Virus record (IMG/VR): IMGVR_UViG_3300044711_000137
Span: 1-29,906 of that record
Source: a virus
Lineage: Duplodnaviria; Caudoviricetes
Length of the DNA stretch: 29,906 nucleotides
Direction: 5' to 3' (one strand)
In this document: in pieces, positions 8,156-17,160 of the stretch
Layout of the letters: each line of letters starts with the position of its first letter
Numbering within the stretch: position 1 is the first letter of the stretch
Program-made: the position numbers and the translations under genes
The notes under the pieces: model-generated
Database searches by the model: none
What the model was told of the DNA's origin: nothing
Seen by the model: only the letters and a program-made list of their open reading frames with translations

Positions 8156-8232
8156 CGCAGACCAGCGGCGTCAATCCGTCGCTCTACACGAATCAGCGGA
8201 AACCCAAGGCGCCGCGCAAGCCCAAGAAGTGA
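8152..8232 (+). CDS. 26-aa basic peptide
   Basis: ATGA overlap upstream and GTGA overlap with the portal; MTQTSGVNPSLYTNQRKPKAPRKPKK. Confidence 0.5.
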   Translation: MTQTSGVNPSLYTNQRKPKAPRKPKK

Positions 8233-10337
8233 CCCGACCGCCACGGGATGCGTTCGAGCTGAAGCTGAGCAAAGAGCAGCGCGAGAAGCTCGCCCTCTGG
8301 CTCTCGGTCGAGCTCGACAACGGCCTCAACGCCAAAGCCTCCGCCGACGCCGAGGTCGACTACTGGCACATGCTCTACGAACAGGCGCGCACCCGCACGG
8401 CCAAAAACCTCCCGTGGCCCGATGCGGCGGACCTGACCAGCTACCTCGCCTGTGAAAAGGTCGACGCCCTCCATGCCCGCGCGATGCGGACCATCTGGAC
8501 CGAACCGGTCTGCACGGTGGAAGGCTGGGGGCAGGCGGCCGACCGGGCGCCCTTTGTCGAAGAGTTCCACCAGTGGAAAGCGGAAGAGGAACGGCTGCAG
8601 AGCGTCCTCGACAAGCTGCTCCTCATCAGCCTGATCGAGCCCCGCGGCTTGCTCGAGGTCAGCGAAGGCAGCGAGTGGCGCACGGTGCGCAAGCGGATCA
8701 CGGCGCGCGTCGAGGCGGACCCGCTGACCGGCGGCCTGACCTACGACGAGAAAGGCGAACCCGTCTTCCTGAAGGACGAACAGGACCAATATCTGGAGAC
8801 GACCGACCAGGCGGTGCCTTCCGCCGAGGTCCTGATCGACTCGACCGAGAATCAGCGCGTGGGTCCGCAGTACCGGGTGCTGCCCTACCGGGACTCCGTC
8901 ATTTTGCCGGCCCACGCGCGCGAGAAAACCGAGATCTGGGCGTACGGGAAGCGCCTGTTCAAGCGGCACGGGGAGATTCTGGCGCTCGCCACCGGCCCGC
9001 GGGCCATCTACGACAAAGAGACGGCCGACCAGCTCACCAAGACGGGCGACAAAGAGCCGGATGCCGCGCTCGAACGCTCAAACACGGCCGTGGCGCCGCA
9101 GGATGAGACGACCGCGGAGAAAGAACTGTGGGAAGTCCTCGTCCTGATCGACTTGAAGGCGTTCTATGAGACGTGGTCGATCACGCCGCCGCGGGGGCTC
9201 ACCGAGGGCGCGCGCTGGTATGTGGCGACCCTGCACAAGGATCAGCACCTCTTGCTCCGGCTGCAGTATGACGACCTCGAGCGCGGGCGCTACGTCCCGG
9301 TGATTCTCTTCCCCCGGCCCGACCGGGTGACCGAAGGCTTCAGCTTCATCGGCCACAAGCTCGTCACCGTGATCGAAGAGCACACCGCGTATCGCAACAT
9401 GGCCGCCGATCGGAGCGCGATGGCGAATGCCGCGCCGGTGATGCGGATGCAGGGCGCCTTGTGGGACCCGGTCGAACAGCCCTGGGGACCCAAAGCCGTC
9501 ATCGACGTGCGCGACCCGCGCGAGTTGTCGCAGGTCGAGGTCAAAGACGTCCCCGCCAGTGTCTTTCAGCACATCCAGGCGACCGAACGCACGGCGGAAC
9601 GCCTCGCCGGGGTCAATGATGTCGCCTCGGGGCAGGTGTCGGAGACGGACCGCACCCTCGGCGAAGTGCAGATGGCGACGGAGCAGTCCTTTGTCCGCAT
9701 GGACCTCATCATCCACCGGTTTCAGGAGGCGCTCGAAGACCTCTACCAGATCCGGCACGCGATTCATAAGCGGGTCCTGGCCGAACAGGCGGGCGGGGTC
9801 GATGCGCCGCAGTCGCTGATTGTCGGCCTCGAGGGGCGCGGCGTCTCGATTGACGGGTTTCAGGACGGGAAGGTCACGGCATCGCTGCTCGAGGGCGCGT
9901 TCCGCTTCAAACCGCACGGGAGTGTGGAAACGGCCGATTTGGGCAAGCAGCGGGGCGATTTCGTGTCGGCGATGCAGTTTCTGCCGATGTTCCTGCAGGC
10001 GTTCCCCAGCCTCATGCTGCAGTTTCGGAGCATCGAAGCGGGGCGGGCGATGGGGCGGGAGTTCATCCGGTTGTTTCGCATCCCGAATCCGCAGGCGTTT
10101 CTCGGGTCGCCCGCGCAGGACTTGCAGCAGGGGATTCCCTTGGGGATGCCGCCGGGCCTGATGCCACCCGGAATGCCCCCAGGGATGCCCCCGGGACCGC
10201 CGGGGATGGCGCCACCGGCTGCGATGGCTCCTGGGATGCCCCCCGGTGCGCCGCCGATGGGCGCCGGGCCGGCCCCCGGCGTGCCACCGCTGCCCCTGCC
10301 GCCGGGGATGCCGCCGGGACCGCCGGGAGTCATGTGA
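8229..10337 (+). CDS. portal protein, podovirus/P22-like, with Pro-rich tail
   Basis: About 700 aa directly after terL; PWPDAA, AERLAGVND...G...RTLGEV motifs; low-complexity C-terminus. Confidence 0.85.
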   Translation: MTRPPRDAFELKLSKEQREKLALWLSVELDNGLNAKASADAEVDYWHMLYEQARTRTAKNLPWPDAADLTSYLACEKVDALHARAMRTIWTEPVCTVEGWGQAADRAPFVEEFHQWKAEEERLQSVLDKLLLISLIEPRGLLEVSEGSEWRTVRKRITARVEADPLTGGLTYDEKGEPVFLKDEQDQYLETTDQAVPSAEVLIDSTENQRVGPQYRVLPYRDSVILPAHAREKTEIWAYGKRLFKRHGEILALATGPRAIYDKETADQLTKTGDKEPDAALERSNTAVAPQDETTAEKELWEVLVLIDLKAFYETWSITPPRGLTEGARWYVATLHKDQHLLLRLQYDDLERGRYVPVILFPRPDRVTEGFSFIGHKLVTVIEEHTAYRNMAADRSAMANAAPVMRMQGALWDPVEQPWGPKAVIDVRDPRELSQVEVKDVPASVFQHIQATERTAERLAGVNDVASGQVSETDRTLGEVQMATEQSFVRMDLIIHRFQEALEDLYQIRHAIHKRVLAEQAGGVDAPQSLIVGLEGRGVSIDGFQDGKVTASLLEGAFRFKPHGSVETADLGKQRGDFVSAMQFLPMFLQAFPSLMLQFRSIEAGRAMGREFIRLFRIPNPQAFLGSPAQDLQQGIPLGMPPGLMPPGMPPGMPPGPPGMAPPAAMAPGMPPGAPPMGAGPAPGVPPLPLPPGMPPGPPGVM
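10133..10334 (+). repeat. GMPP/GPP low-complexity coding repeats
   Basis: Repeated GGGATGCC(G/C)CC units encoding GMPP. Confidence 0.8.
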
Positions 10338-10939
10338 TCGACGTTGTGAAGTTGGAACGCTCCCCGGCGCAAATCGCCGCGCTCCCGTATCAGACGGGTG
10401 GCGACCTCTGTCTCGGGTTCTGGGCGCTCGCGGTCGACCAGGGGTGGATCGCCTTCCCACCCGACGCGCAGGTGCTCGAAATCGGCTGCGCGGAAGCGGA
10501 CTGGCAGACGCCGATGCTGGCCTTGCGGCCGGACCTGCAGATCACGGGCGTCGATTGGCGCGCCTGCGAGCGGCCGGGGCGCACCATTCACGGGGATGTG
10601 CTCGCGCCGCAGCTCTTTCAGCCGGCGACGTTCGACGCGGTCGTCAGCATCTCGGCGATCGAACACGTCGGCCTCGGGGCCTATGAGGATGACCCGCTCG
10701 ACCGCAACGGCGACTGTCACGCGATGCGCAACGCGCACCGGTGGCTGAAACCCGGCGGCTGGCTCTACCTCGACGTGCCGCATGGGCCGACCTATGCGGT
10801 CGAGGGCGCGTATCGGCGCTACAACGATGCGGCGGTGCAGATGCGCCTCTTGCCGGGGTTCGCCGTGCGCGCGTGGGCGCATTGCGAAGTCAATCATCCC
10901 GACTCGCCGTATCTGGCCTTGCTGCTCGACAAGCTATGA
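10334..10939 (+). CDS. class I SAM-dependent methyltransferase
   Basis: VLEIGC, ITGVD, FDAVVSISAIEHVGLG and LKPGGWLYLDVP. Confidence 0.85.
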   Translation: MIDVVKLERSPAQIAALPYQTGGDLCLGFWALAVDQGWIAFPPDAQVLEIGCAEADWQTPMLALRPDLQITGVDWRACERPGRTIHGDVLAPQLFQPATFDAVVSISAIEHVGLGAYEDDPLDRNGDCHAMRNAHRWLKPGGWLYLDVPHGPTYAVEGAYRRYNDAAVQMRLLPGFAVRAWAHCEVNHPDSPYLALLLDKL

Positions 10940-11220
10940 CGGATGAAGCGCAGGACCTGGACAACTTGTTGAAGCATCCCGGCTGGCTGCGCGTGGTCGA
11001 CCATGGCCTCGCCGACATCGAAGGGCGCGTGCGGATCGCGATGGTCAATGCGGTGGGCGAACGCGACGACATCATGGCCTTGAATCTCTTGCGGCAATGT
11101 CTCGCGGCCAAGCAGGCGGTGGAGCAGTTCATCGCGTGGCCGGGGATGCGGTTGAAGGGCTTGCAGACGAATGCGACGGCGTCGACCGCGCCGCAGTTGT
11201 CACGGCGGGGGCCGCTCTAA
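10936..11220 (+). CDS. small helical phage protein of head region
   Basis: ATGA overlap; LLKHPGW motif and size typical of portal-adjacent genes. Confidence 0.7.
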   Translation: MTDEAQDLDNLLKHPGWLRVVDHGLADIEGRVRIAMVNAVGERDDIMALNLLRQCLAAKQAVEQFIAWPGMRLKGLQTNATASTAPQLSRRGPL

Positions 11221-11222
11221 AC

Positions 11223-11453
11223 ATGCCGCTGTTCAAGTGTGAGCAGTGCGGGTGCGTCGAAAATACGGCGCTGTCGAACTACTGGACGCGCAATCTGGTG
11301 TTCACGGACAACCACGTCACCGCCACGCCGCCGACCAACCCGGCGCTCTGCTCCGCGTGCGATCCGAAAATCGGCGCGTGGCACGGGGAGTTTCCGCAAC
11401 GCCCCTGGACCGACGAGGACGCGAAGCACTCGGGAATGCCGAGGGGGCTGTGA
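11223..11453 (+). CDS. small Zn-binding protein
   Basis: MPLFKCEQCGCVENTAL...LCSAC...WHGEF. Confidence 0.7.
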   Translation: MPLFKCEQCGCVENTALSNYWTRNLVFTDNHVTATPPTNPALCSACDPKIGAWHGEFPQRPWTDEDAKHSGMPRGL

Positions 11454-11830
11454 CCTTGAAGCCGCTCGGCGACCGCGTGCTCATCAAACCGGAGCTGCCG
11501 GCGGAGACGACCGAGAGTGGGCTCTATGTCGCGGAGCAGCGGAAACCGGAACAGACCGGGACCGTGATCGCCGTGGGGCCGTGCGCGCATCCGCGCAAAG
11601 CGGAAGCGGAAGAACTCGCGTCGCGGCTGGTGCAGTACCACCCGCAAGAAGAAGAGGTCGCGGAACTGTTGCTGGACCTTGTGCGGCGTGAACCGCAAGT
11701 GAAGCCCGGCGATTATGTCGTCTTCAGTTGGACCGCCGGCCAGGAAATCTGGGTCGAAGACGGCAGCGAACGCTACCTCCTGCTGCGCGAAGATGACCTG
11801 TTGGCCGTGGTGGAAGGGATCGAACCATGA
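11450..11830 (+). CDS. groES: GroES/Cpn10 co-chaperonin with roof insertion
   Basis: LKPLGDRVLIKP, TTESGLYV, GTVIAVGP, VKPGDYVVF and LLREDDLLAVVE. Confidence 0.88.
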   Translation: MTLKPLGDRVLIKPELPAETTESGLYVAEQRKPEQTGTVIAVGPCAHPRKAEAEELASRLVQYHPQEEEVAELLLDLVRREPQVKPGDYVVFSWTAGQEIWVEDGSERYLLLREDDLLAVVEGIEP

Positions 11831-12714
11831 GCGATGAAGAAGGCCTCGTCAATGTCGAAGATGACACGCCCGCAGAAGCGAGTGCAGAAGCGCCTCCGGC
11901 AGCAGCACCTGCAGCGCCAGCGGTGGCTGAACCAGTGGTTCAACCCGCCGCCGAAGACACCCCCGCCGAAGTCGAGTCGGTCGAAGTCGCCGGCAAGAAA
12001 TACGTCCCCGTCGGCGCCCTGATCGGCGAACGCAAACAACGCCAGGCGCTGCAGGACCGCGCGGCGAAGGCCGACGAACTGGAAGCCTACGTCCGCGACG
12101 CCCGGCCCTACGTCGAGTTCCTGAAGAACAATCCGGACCTCCTGAAGCCGCGCACCGCCCCGGCGCCGGCCGCGCCGCACGAGCCGGCGACCGACCCGCG
12201 CGCCGAACAACTGGCGAAAACGCTGGACCTCTACACCACCGACGGCAAACCGGACCTCGCGCGGGCGAACACCCTGCAAACGCTCATCACGCAGACGGCC
12301 CAAGCGATTGCCGACAAGGCGATCGGCCCCGTGCAGGAGCGCAATGCGCAGGACCAATCGGCGCGCAACTTCCAGATCGCGCTCACGGTGAAAGATGCCG
12401 ACGGCCGCAGCCCGAGTCAGGAAGCCTTGACGCAGATCTGGCGCACCATGCCGGCGCATCAGACCGCCGACCCGAACGTGGCGTCGATTCTCGCGCTCAC
12501 CGCGCTCGGACTCGACCGCGTGAGCCGGAAAGCCGCCCCCGCGCCCCCGGCGCACGCGCCGATCGTGACGGAAAGCCCCGGCGGTCCCGCGCGCCGGCCC
12601 TCGCTCTCGGCGCTCGAGACGAAAATCGCGCGCGATCGGGGCATCAGTGACAGCAAATGGCAGGAGTTGACCGTCGGCCACGTCCCCGGCCGCGCGGCGC
12701 AACTCGAGGACTGA
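11827..12714 (+). CDS. putative capsid scaffolding protein
   Basis: Acidic Pro/Ala-rich N-terminus, VPVGALIGERKQRQ coiled coil, C-terminal LSALETKIARDRGIS helix-turn-helix-like tail. Confidence 0.7.
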   Translation: MSDEEGLVNVEDDTPAEASAEAPPAAAPAAPAVAEPVVQPAAEDTPAEVESVEVAGKKYVPVGALIGERKQRQALQDRAAKADELEAYVRDARPYVEFLKNNPDLLKPRTAPAPAAPHEPATDPRAEQLAKTLDLYTTDGKPDLARANTLQTLITQTAQAIADKAIGPVQERNAQDQSARNFQIALTVKDADGRSPSQEALTQIWRTMPAHQTADPNVASILALTALGLDRVSRKAAPAPPAHAPIVTESPGGPARRPSLSALETKIARDRGISDSKWQELTVGHVPGRAAQLED

Positions 12715-12719
12715 GGATC

Positions 12720-13256
12720 ATGCCGAGAAAACCCCGCATCGAAGTGACCGAACGCGACAGTCAGACCTCGCTGGACGTGTTGATGAGCGATCCGCGCTAT
12801 GCGGCCCGCTTGCAGAACCCGTTCAACGAGCCGAGTGCCCCGATCGAGCTGAAAGACCCCTCGCGCGAGTGCCGCTGGTTCAATGCGGCCTTGGCGACCG
12901 ACCACATCTGGCGCAACAAGCGCAAAGGGTGGGACCAGGTGCGCCCCGGCGACGTGAAAGACCTCGAACAGATCGGCGGCTACAACAAATCGCCCGACGG
13001 GTTCATCACGCGCGGCGAACGCGGCCATGAAGTCTTGATGTCGATGCCGAAAGTCGTCAGAGCCGCGATTCAGATCGAGAAGACGAAGCAGAATCTGCGC
13101 AACGTCGGGAATCCGAACGCGACGAAGGCGGAAGTCGTGAATGCGGCGAGCGCGAAGTTGGGCGATGAAGCGGCGAGCTATCTCGACCAGCACATCGGGG
13201 CCGTGGGCGCGGTGACGGACACGTATGAACGGGTTGAACGCGTCGAGCCGGAATAG
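12720..13256 (+). CDS. hypothetical head-region protein
   Basis: GAGG RBS, ATG 12720; RWFN...KGWDQV...LMSMPK. Confidence 0.7.
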   Translation: MPRKPRIEVTERDSQTSLDVLMSDPRYAARLQNPFNEPSAPIELKDPSRECRWFNAALATDHIWRNKRKGWDQVRPGDVKDLEQIGGYNKSPDGFITRGERGHEVLMSMPKVVRAAIQIEKTKQNLRNVGNPNATKAEVVNAASAKLGDEAASYLDQHIGAVGAVTDTYERVERVEPE

Positions 13257-13659
13257 CGGCGTGCTCGCGGACGGGTGTTTCGACCCGCTGCACATCGGGC
13301 ATGTGCGCTATATGCTCGCGGCGAAAGCCCTGTGCGCCCGTGACGTCATCATCGACGATTTCGAGCGGTTCCTGGTGCGCGTGGCGCCGGACGCGGCGAT
13401 TCGGGCGAAAGGACGCGACCCGTTCCAGACGGCGGGGGAGCGCGCCGATTGTCTGACCGCGCTCGTGCCGTGTCAGTGCTACTTCACCGACACGCTGGCG
13501 CACGCCGTGACCGAGTTGAAGCCGCGCTTACTCGTGAAAGGGCTCGACTGGTACGGCAAACTGCCGCTCGACGTGATTGACGCGTGTCTCTCGACCGGCA
13601 CGCACATCGTGCATACCATGACGCAGGAGCGGACCAGCACGGAGCGGCTCACCGCATGA
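13225..13659 (+). CDS. HIGH-motif cytidylyl/adenylyltransferase (TagD/RfaE-II-like)
   Basis: GCFDPLHIGHVRY, KGRDPF...ER, LVKGLDW and TSTERL. Confidence 0.85.
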   Translation: MNGLNASSRNSGVLADGCFDPLHIGHVRYMLAAKALCARDVIIDDFERFLVRVAPDAAIRAKGRDPFQTAGERADCLTALVPCQCYFTDTLAHAVTELKPRLLVKGLDWYGKLPLDVIDACLSTGTHIVHTMTQERTSTERLTA

Positions 13660-14366
13660 CGAAGAAAGCGATCAAGCCAAAACCGAAAGCGAAGCCGAAC
13701 GCGCGCGCGAAGAGTCTCGCGCAAGCGGTCCTCGCCCCGCCGCGCGATCCGCTCGCGACCTTCGAAGCCCTCGTGCAGACGCAGCAGGCGGCCGACAAGC
13801 CGTGGCAGCCGGTCACGGACTACAGTGCCGACGCGCGCCGCCTCGCCGACGAACCGCAGGTACCGCTGATCGTGCAGGCGTTCGCGCCGACGCGCATCCT
13901 CGATGCCGGGTGTGGCGCCGGGCATCTGGTGCGCCTGTTGTGCGAAGCCGGCCTCGATGCGGTCGGCTGTGATGTCACCCGCTCCCCGGCCTGGCTGGAC
14001 GCGCCGCGCTTCGGCGCCGCCGATGTGGCGAATCCCAACAGCGTGCAGCCGTTCACGGGCGCGTTCGACCTGGTGATCTGCCGTGAAGTGCTCGAGCACT
14101 TGACGATCCGGCAGATCCGCCAGGCGGTGACCAACCTGTGTCACTGGACCACGCACTACGTCTATCTGACGACACGCTTTCATCCGGCGCCGACGCATCT
14201 GCTCGACGTGGCGACGAGCGACGACCTCGACCCGACGCACATCTCGATGCTCAATCAAGATTTCCTCCGCACGCTCTTCGTGCTGGAAGGGCTGACGCGC
14301 CGCGCGGATCTGGAACTGATCATGGATTGGAAGACGCTCGGGCGCGTGCTGGTGTATGCGCGATGA
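13656..14366 (+). CDS. class I SAM-dependent methyltransferase
   Basis: ILDAGCGAG, AVGCD, FDLVICREVLEHL and DPTHIS; ATGA overlap. Confidence 0.88.
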   Translation: MTKKAIKPKPKAKPNARAKSLAQAVLAPPRDPLATFEALVQTQQAADKPWQPVTDYSADARRLADEPQVPLIVQAFAPTRILDAGCGAGHLVRLLCEAGLDAVGCDVTRSPAWLDAPRFGAADVANPNSVQPFTGAFDLVICREVLEHLTIRQIRQAVTNLCHWTTHYVYLTTRFHPAPTHLLDVATSDDLDPTHISMLNQDFLRTLFVLEGLTRRADLELIMDWKTLGRVLVYAR

Positions 14367-15145
14367 TCGATGCCGTGTTGAGCTATCACCTGAATCCGTT
14401 GACCTGTGGCGTGGCGAAATTCAATCACGCGCTCGCGCGACGGCTGAAGGTGCCGCTGGAGTCATTGGAGAAGCATCCCGTCGCCCATCCGTTGATTTCG
14501 ATCAAGACGTCGGAATGTTACAACGAGTGGCCGGCGGTCACGGAGTGGTATCGCACGTATGATCTGTTTTTCCATGACCATCCGCGCGGCCTCTGTGCCT
14601 TCGGCATTGTGCAGAAGGCGCGACGGGTCTATGCCGCGAACGCGCTGATCGCCGAGGCTATCCGACCGCACAACCCCGACGTGATCACGGCGTTCTGTCC
14701 CTCGACGGTCGAGGGCAACCCAACCCGTGGCGCGTATCGCGTGCTCACCTTCGGCATGGCGCACAAGTTGGTACTCCCGCATTTCGTGCAATTGAAAGAA
14801 GACCTCGACCGCGATCATCCCGACTACACCCTGAGTCTCTCAACGGCGGTGCATGAAGGCTCGCCGTGGGACGAGGCGCTCACTCAGTCCGTGGAGGCGA
14901 TGCGTGGCATCTTCGGTGATCACTTACGTGTCCTCGGTTTTCTCGCGGATGATGCACTGGCGAAAGAACTCCAGGACTGCGACGCCGTGGCGGCGTTTTT
15001 CGTCCCGGCGTTCCGCGCCAACAACACCAGTGCGTGGGCCGCACTGGCCGCAGGTAAATTCCTCTACACGAATCTGGATCAGCACTCACCCGCACTAAAT
15101 CCTGAGCAATATTCCTGGGACGCGCTGCTGCAGGTGCTCGCGTGA
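14363..15145 (+). CDS. putative GT-B fold glycosyltransferase (GT4-like, divergent)
   Basis: TCGVAKFNHAL N-terminus, VLTFGMAHK, LGFLADDAL, AWAALAAG and terminal YSWDALL. Confidence 0.6.
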   Translation: MIDAVLSYHLNPLTCGVAKFNHALARRLKVPLESLEKHPVAHPLISIKTSECYNEWPAVTEWYRTYDLFFHDHPRGLCAFGIVQKARRVYAANALIAEAIRPHNPDVITAFCPSTVEGNPTRGAYRVLTFGMAHKLVLPHFVQLKEDLDRDHPDYTLSLSTAVHEGSPWDEALTQSVEAMRGIFGDHLRVLGFLADDALAKELQDCDAVAAFFVPAFRANNTSAWAALAAGKFLYTNLDQHSPALNPEQYSWDALLQVLA

Positions 15146-16089
15146 GAGAATTCTTCCTTGGCGCAAGGCGGATCGCGGACGACGCACCCTGCTATGTGAT
15201 CGCGGAGCTGGGGCACAACCATGGCGGGAGTGTCGACACCGCCGTCCAGATGATTAAAGCCGCCGCACGGTGTGGGGCGCACGCCGTGAAGTTCCAGAAG
15301 CGGGAGAACGCGACGCTCTACAGCGCCGACGTGCTCGCGCAGCCCTACGACCACGAGAATAGTTTCGGTCGCACCTATGGCGAGCATCGCGCCGCGCTCG
15401 AACTCTCGGCGCAGCACTACGTCACCTGTCGCACCGTCGCGAAAACCTTCAAGCTCGATTGTTTCGCGACCGCCTTCGATGAAGCCTCCGCCGATTTCCT
15501 GGTGCGGCTGGATGTGCCCGCGATCAAGATCGCCTCGGGCGGGCTGACCGACCACGCGCTGCTGCGGCATGTCGCGGGCCTCGGCGTCCCGGTGATCCTC
15601 TCCACTGGCGGCGGGACGTTCGAGGATGTCGATGCCGCGGTCAACGTGCTCGAGGCGGGCCGCGCGCCGTATGCACTCTTGCACTGCACGGCCGCGTATC
15701 CGGTCCTGAACTACGCGGAGTTGAACCTGCTGGCGATTGTCGCGATGCGCGCGCGGTATCCCGAGACGGTCATCGGGTGGAGCGGCCATGACTCCGGAAT
15801 CGCCATGAGTCTGGTGGCCTACGCGTACGGCGCGCGTATTCTCGAAAAACATTTCACGTTGAATCGTGCGATGAAGGGCACCGACCATGCGTTCAGCCTG
15901 GAACCCGCAGGACTTCGAAAGCTGGTTCGCGATCTTGAACGGGCGCACCTGGCCAATGGTGATGGCTGCAAGAGACTCTATGACTCAGAACGAAAACCCC
16001 TCAGTAAAATGCGACGCGTCGCCACCGCCGACGGCCCCCGCGTCACCGGCGTCCTCCAGGCCGACGATTCAGTTCTTCACCCCTCGTGA
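15142..16089 (+). CDS. neuB: N-acetylneuraminate/nonulosonate synthase family, without C-terminal AFP-like domain
   Basis: VIAELGHNHGG, AVKFQKR, IKIASG, PVILSTG, LLHCTAAYP, GWSGH and EKHFTL...GTDHAFSLEP. Confidence 0.93.
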   Translation: MREFFLGARRIADDAPCYVIAELGHNHGGSVDTAVQMIKAAARCGAHAVKFQKRENATLYSADVLAQPYDHENSFGRTYGEHRAALELSAQHYVTCRTVAKTFKLDCFATAFDEASADFLVRLDVPAIKIASGGLTDHALLRHVAGLGVPVILSTGGGTFEDVDAAVNVLEAGRAPYALLHCTAAYPVLNYAELNLLAIVAMRARYPETVIGWSGHDSGIAMSLVAYAYGARILEKHFTLNRAMKGTDHAFSLEPAGLRKLVRDLERAHLANGDGCKRLYDSERKPLSKMRRVATADGPRVTGVLQADDSVLHPS

Positions 16090-16405
16090 ACTCGGCCCGA
16101 AAGACTGGGGCACGGAACTGCTCGTCGCCGAGACGGATCAGTACATCGGCAAGGTGCTGACGATGAAAGCCGGGCGCGGCGGGCCGTTGCAGTATCACCA
16201 GCGGAAGGATGAAACCTTCTACGTGGTCAGCGGGCACGCGCGCCTGCGCTTCCACGACGCCAACAAAAACATCATCGTGCAACTGCTCGAGCCGGGGATG
16301 GCGGTGCATGTCCCGCCGGGGGCCGTGCATCAGGTGGAGGCAATCACCGATTGTGTGCTGTTCGAAACCTCGACGCCGGTCTTTGAGGATCGGGTCGCCG
16401 TATGA
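15980..16405 (+). CDS. cupin, mannose-6-phosphate-isomerase (type II)-like; start uncertain
   Basis: KDWG-E, LQYHQRKDETFYVVSG, VPPGAVHQV and ETSTP. Confidence 0.8.
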   Translation: MTQNENPSVKCDASPPPTAPASPASSRPTIQFFTPRELGPKDWGTELLVAETDQYIGKVLTMKAGRGGPLQYHQRKDETFYVVSGHARLRFHDANKNIIVQLLEPGMAVHVPPGAVHQVEAITDCVLFETSTPVFEDRVAV

Positions 16406-17160
16406 GGATGGTCGCGTTGATTCCGGCGCGGGCGGGATCGAAGCGCATCCCGGGGAAGAATACGCGGTTGCTCGCGGGCGAGCCGTTGCTCGCGTGGACG
16501 ATTCGCGCGGCCTACGCGAGCGGCGTCTTCGATGAGGTGATTGTCTCGTCCGAAGATAGCGCGATTGGGCAGATCGCGGAGCGCGCGGCGGCCTACTGGC
16601 TCCCGCGTCCGGCCGCGCTCGCCACCGACGAGAGTCCCGACATCGCCTGGGTGCGCGATGCGTTCAAGATGCAGATCGTCGAACGAGCGCAGGCGTTCGC
16701 GATCCTGCGTCCCACGTCGCCCTTTCGCACCGCCGAGACGATCAAGCGCGCGTTCAGGCAATTCACGCACGACGAAGCGCATTCGTTGCGCGCGATGCAA
16801 CCGGTGAAGGAACATCCGGGCAAGATGTGGCAGGTCGCGGGCGCGGGGTATCCGGCCGTGCCGCTCATTGGCGCCGGATGGCCGACGCCGACTGGCGCGA
16901 CATTCCGTGCTTCTGGTGACACGCCGTGGCACTCGCAGCCGACACAAGCACTGCCGAAGGTCTACGTGCAGAACGCCTCGCTGGAAATGGCGTGGAGCTA
17001 CGTGATCCACGCGTTCGGCACGATCAGCGGGACGAAAATCGCGCCGTTCTTCACGGAAGGCTACGAAGGCTTCGATTTGAACACTGAAGACGACTGGGAC
17101 CAGGCCGAACGCCTCATCGCGGAAGGGAAAGTTGCGCGCCCAGCTCTGGCCGCTCTATAA
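16402..17160 (+). CDS. neuA: acylneuraminate cytidylyltransferase (CMP-nonulosonate synthetase)
   Basis: ALIPARAGSKRIPGKN, RPAALATD, LRPTSPFR, QNAS and DLNTEDDW. Confidence 0.93.
   Translation: MRMVALIPARAGSKRIPGKNTRLLAGEPLLAWTIRAAYASGVFDEVIVSSEDSAIGQIAERAAAYWLPRPAALATDESPDIAWVRDAFKMQIVERAQAFAILRPTSPFRTAETIKRAFRQFTHDEAHSLRAMQPVKEHPGKMWQVAGAGYPAVPLIGAGWPTPTGATFRASGDTPWHSQPTQALPKVYVQNASLEMAWSYVIHAFGTISGTKIAPFFTEGYEGFDLNTEDDWDQAERLIAEGKVARPALAAL

Noticed and set aside
7966-8232. 88-aa ORF in the track
   Set aside because: Better explained by two shorter coupled ORFs, the first with a strong RBS.
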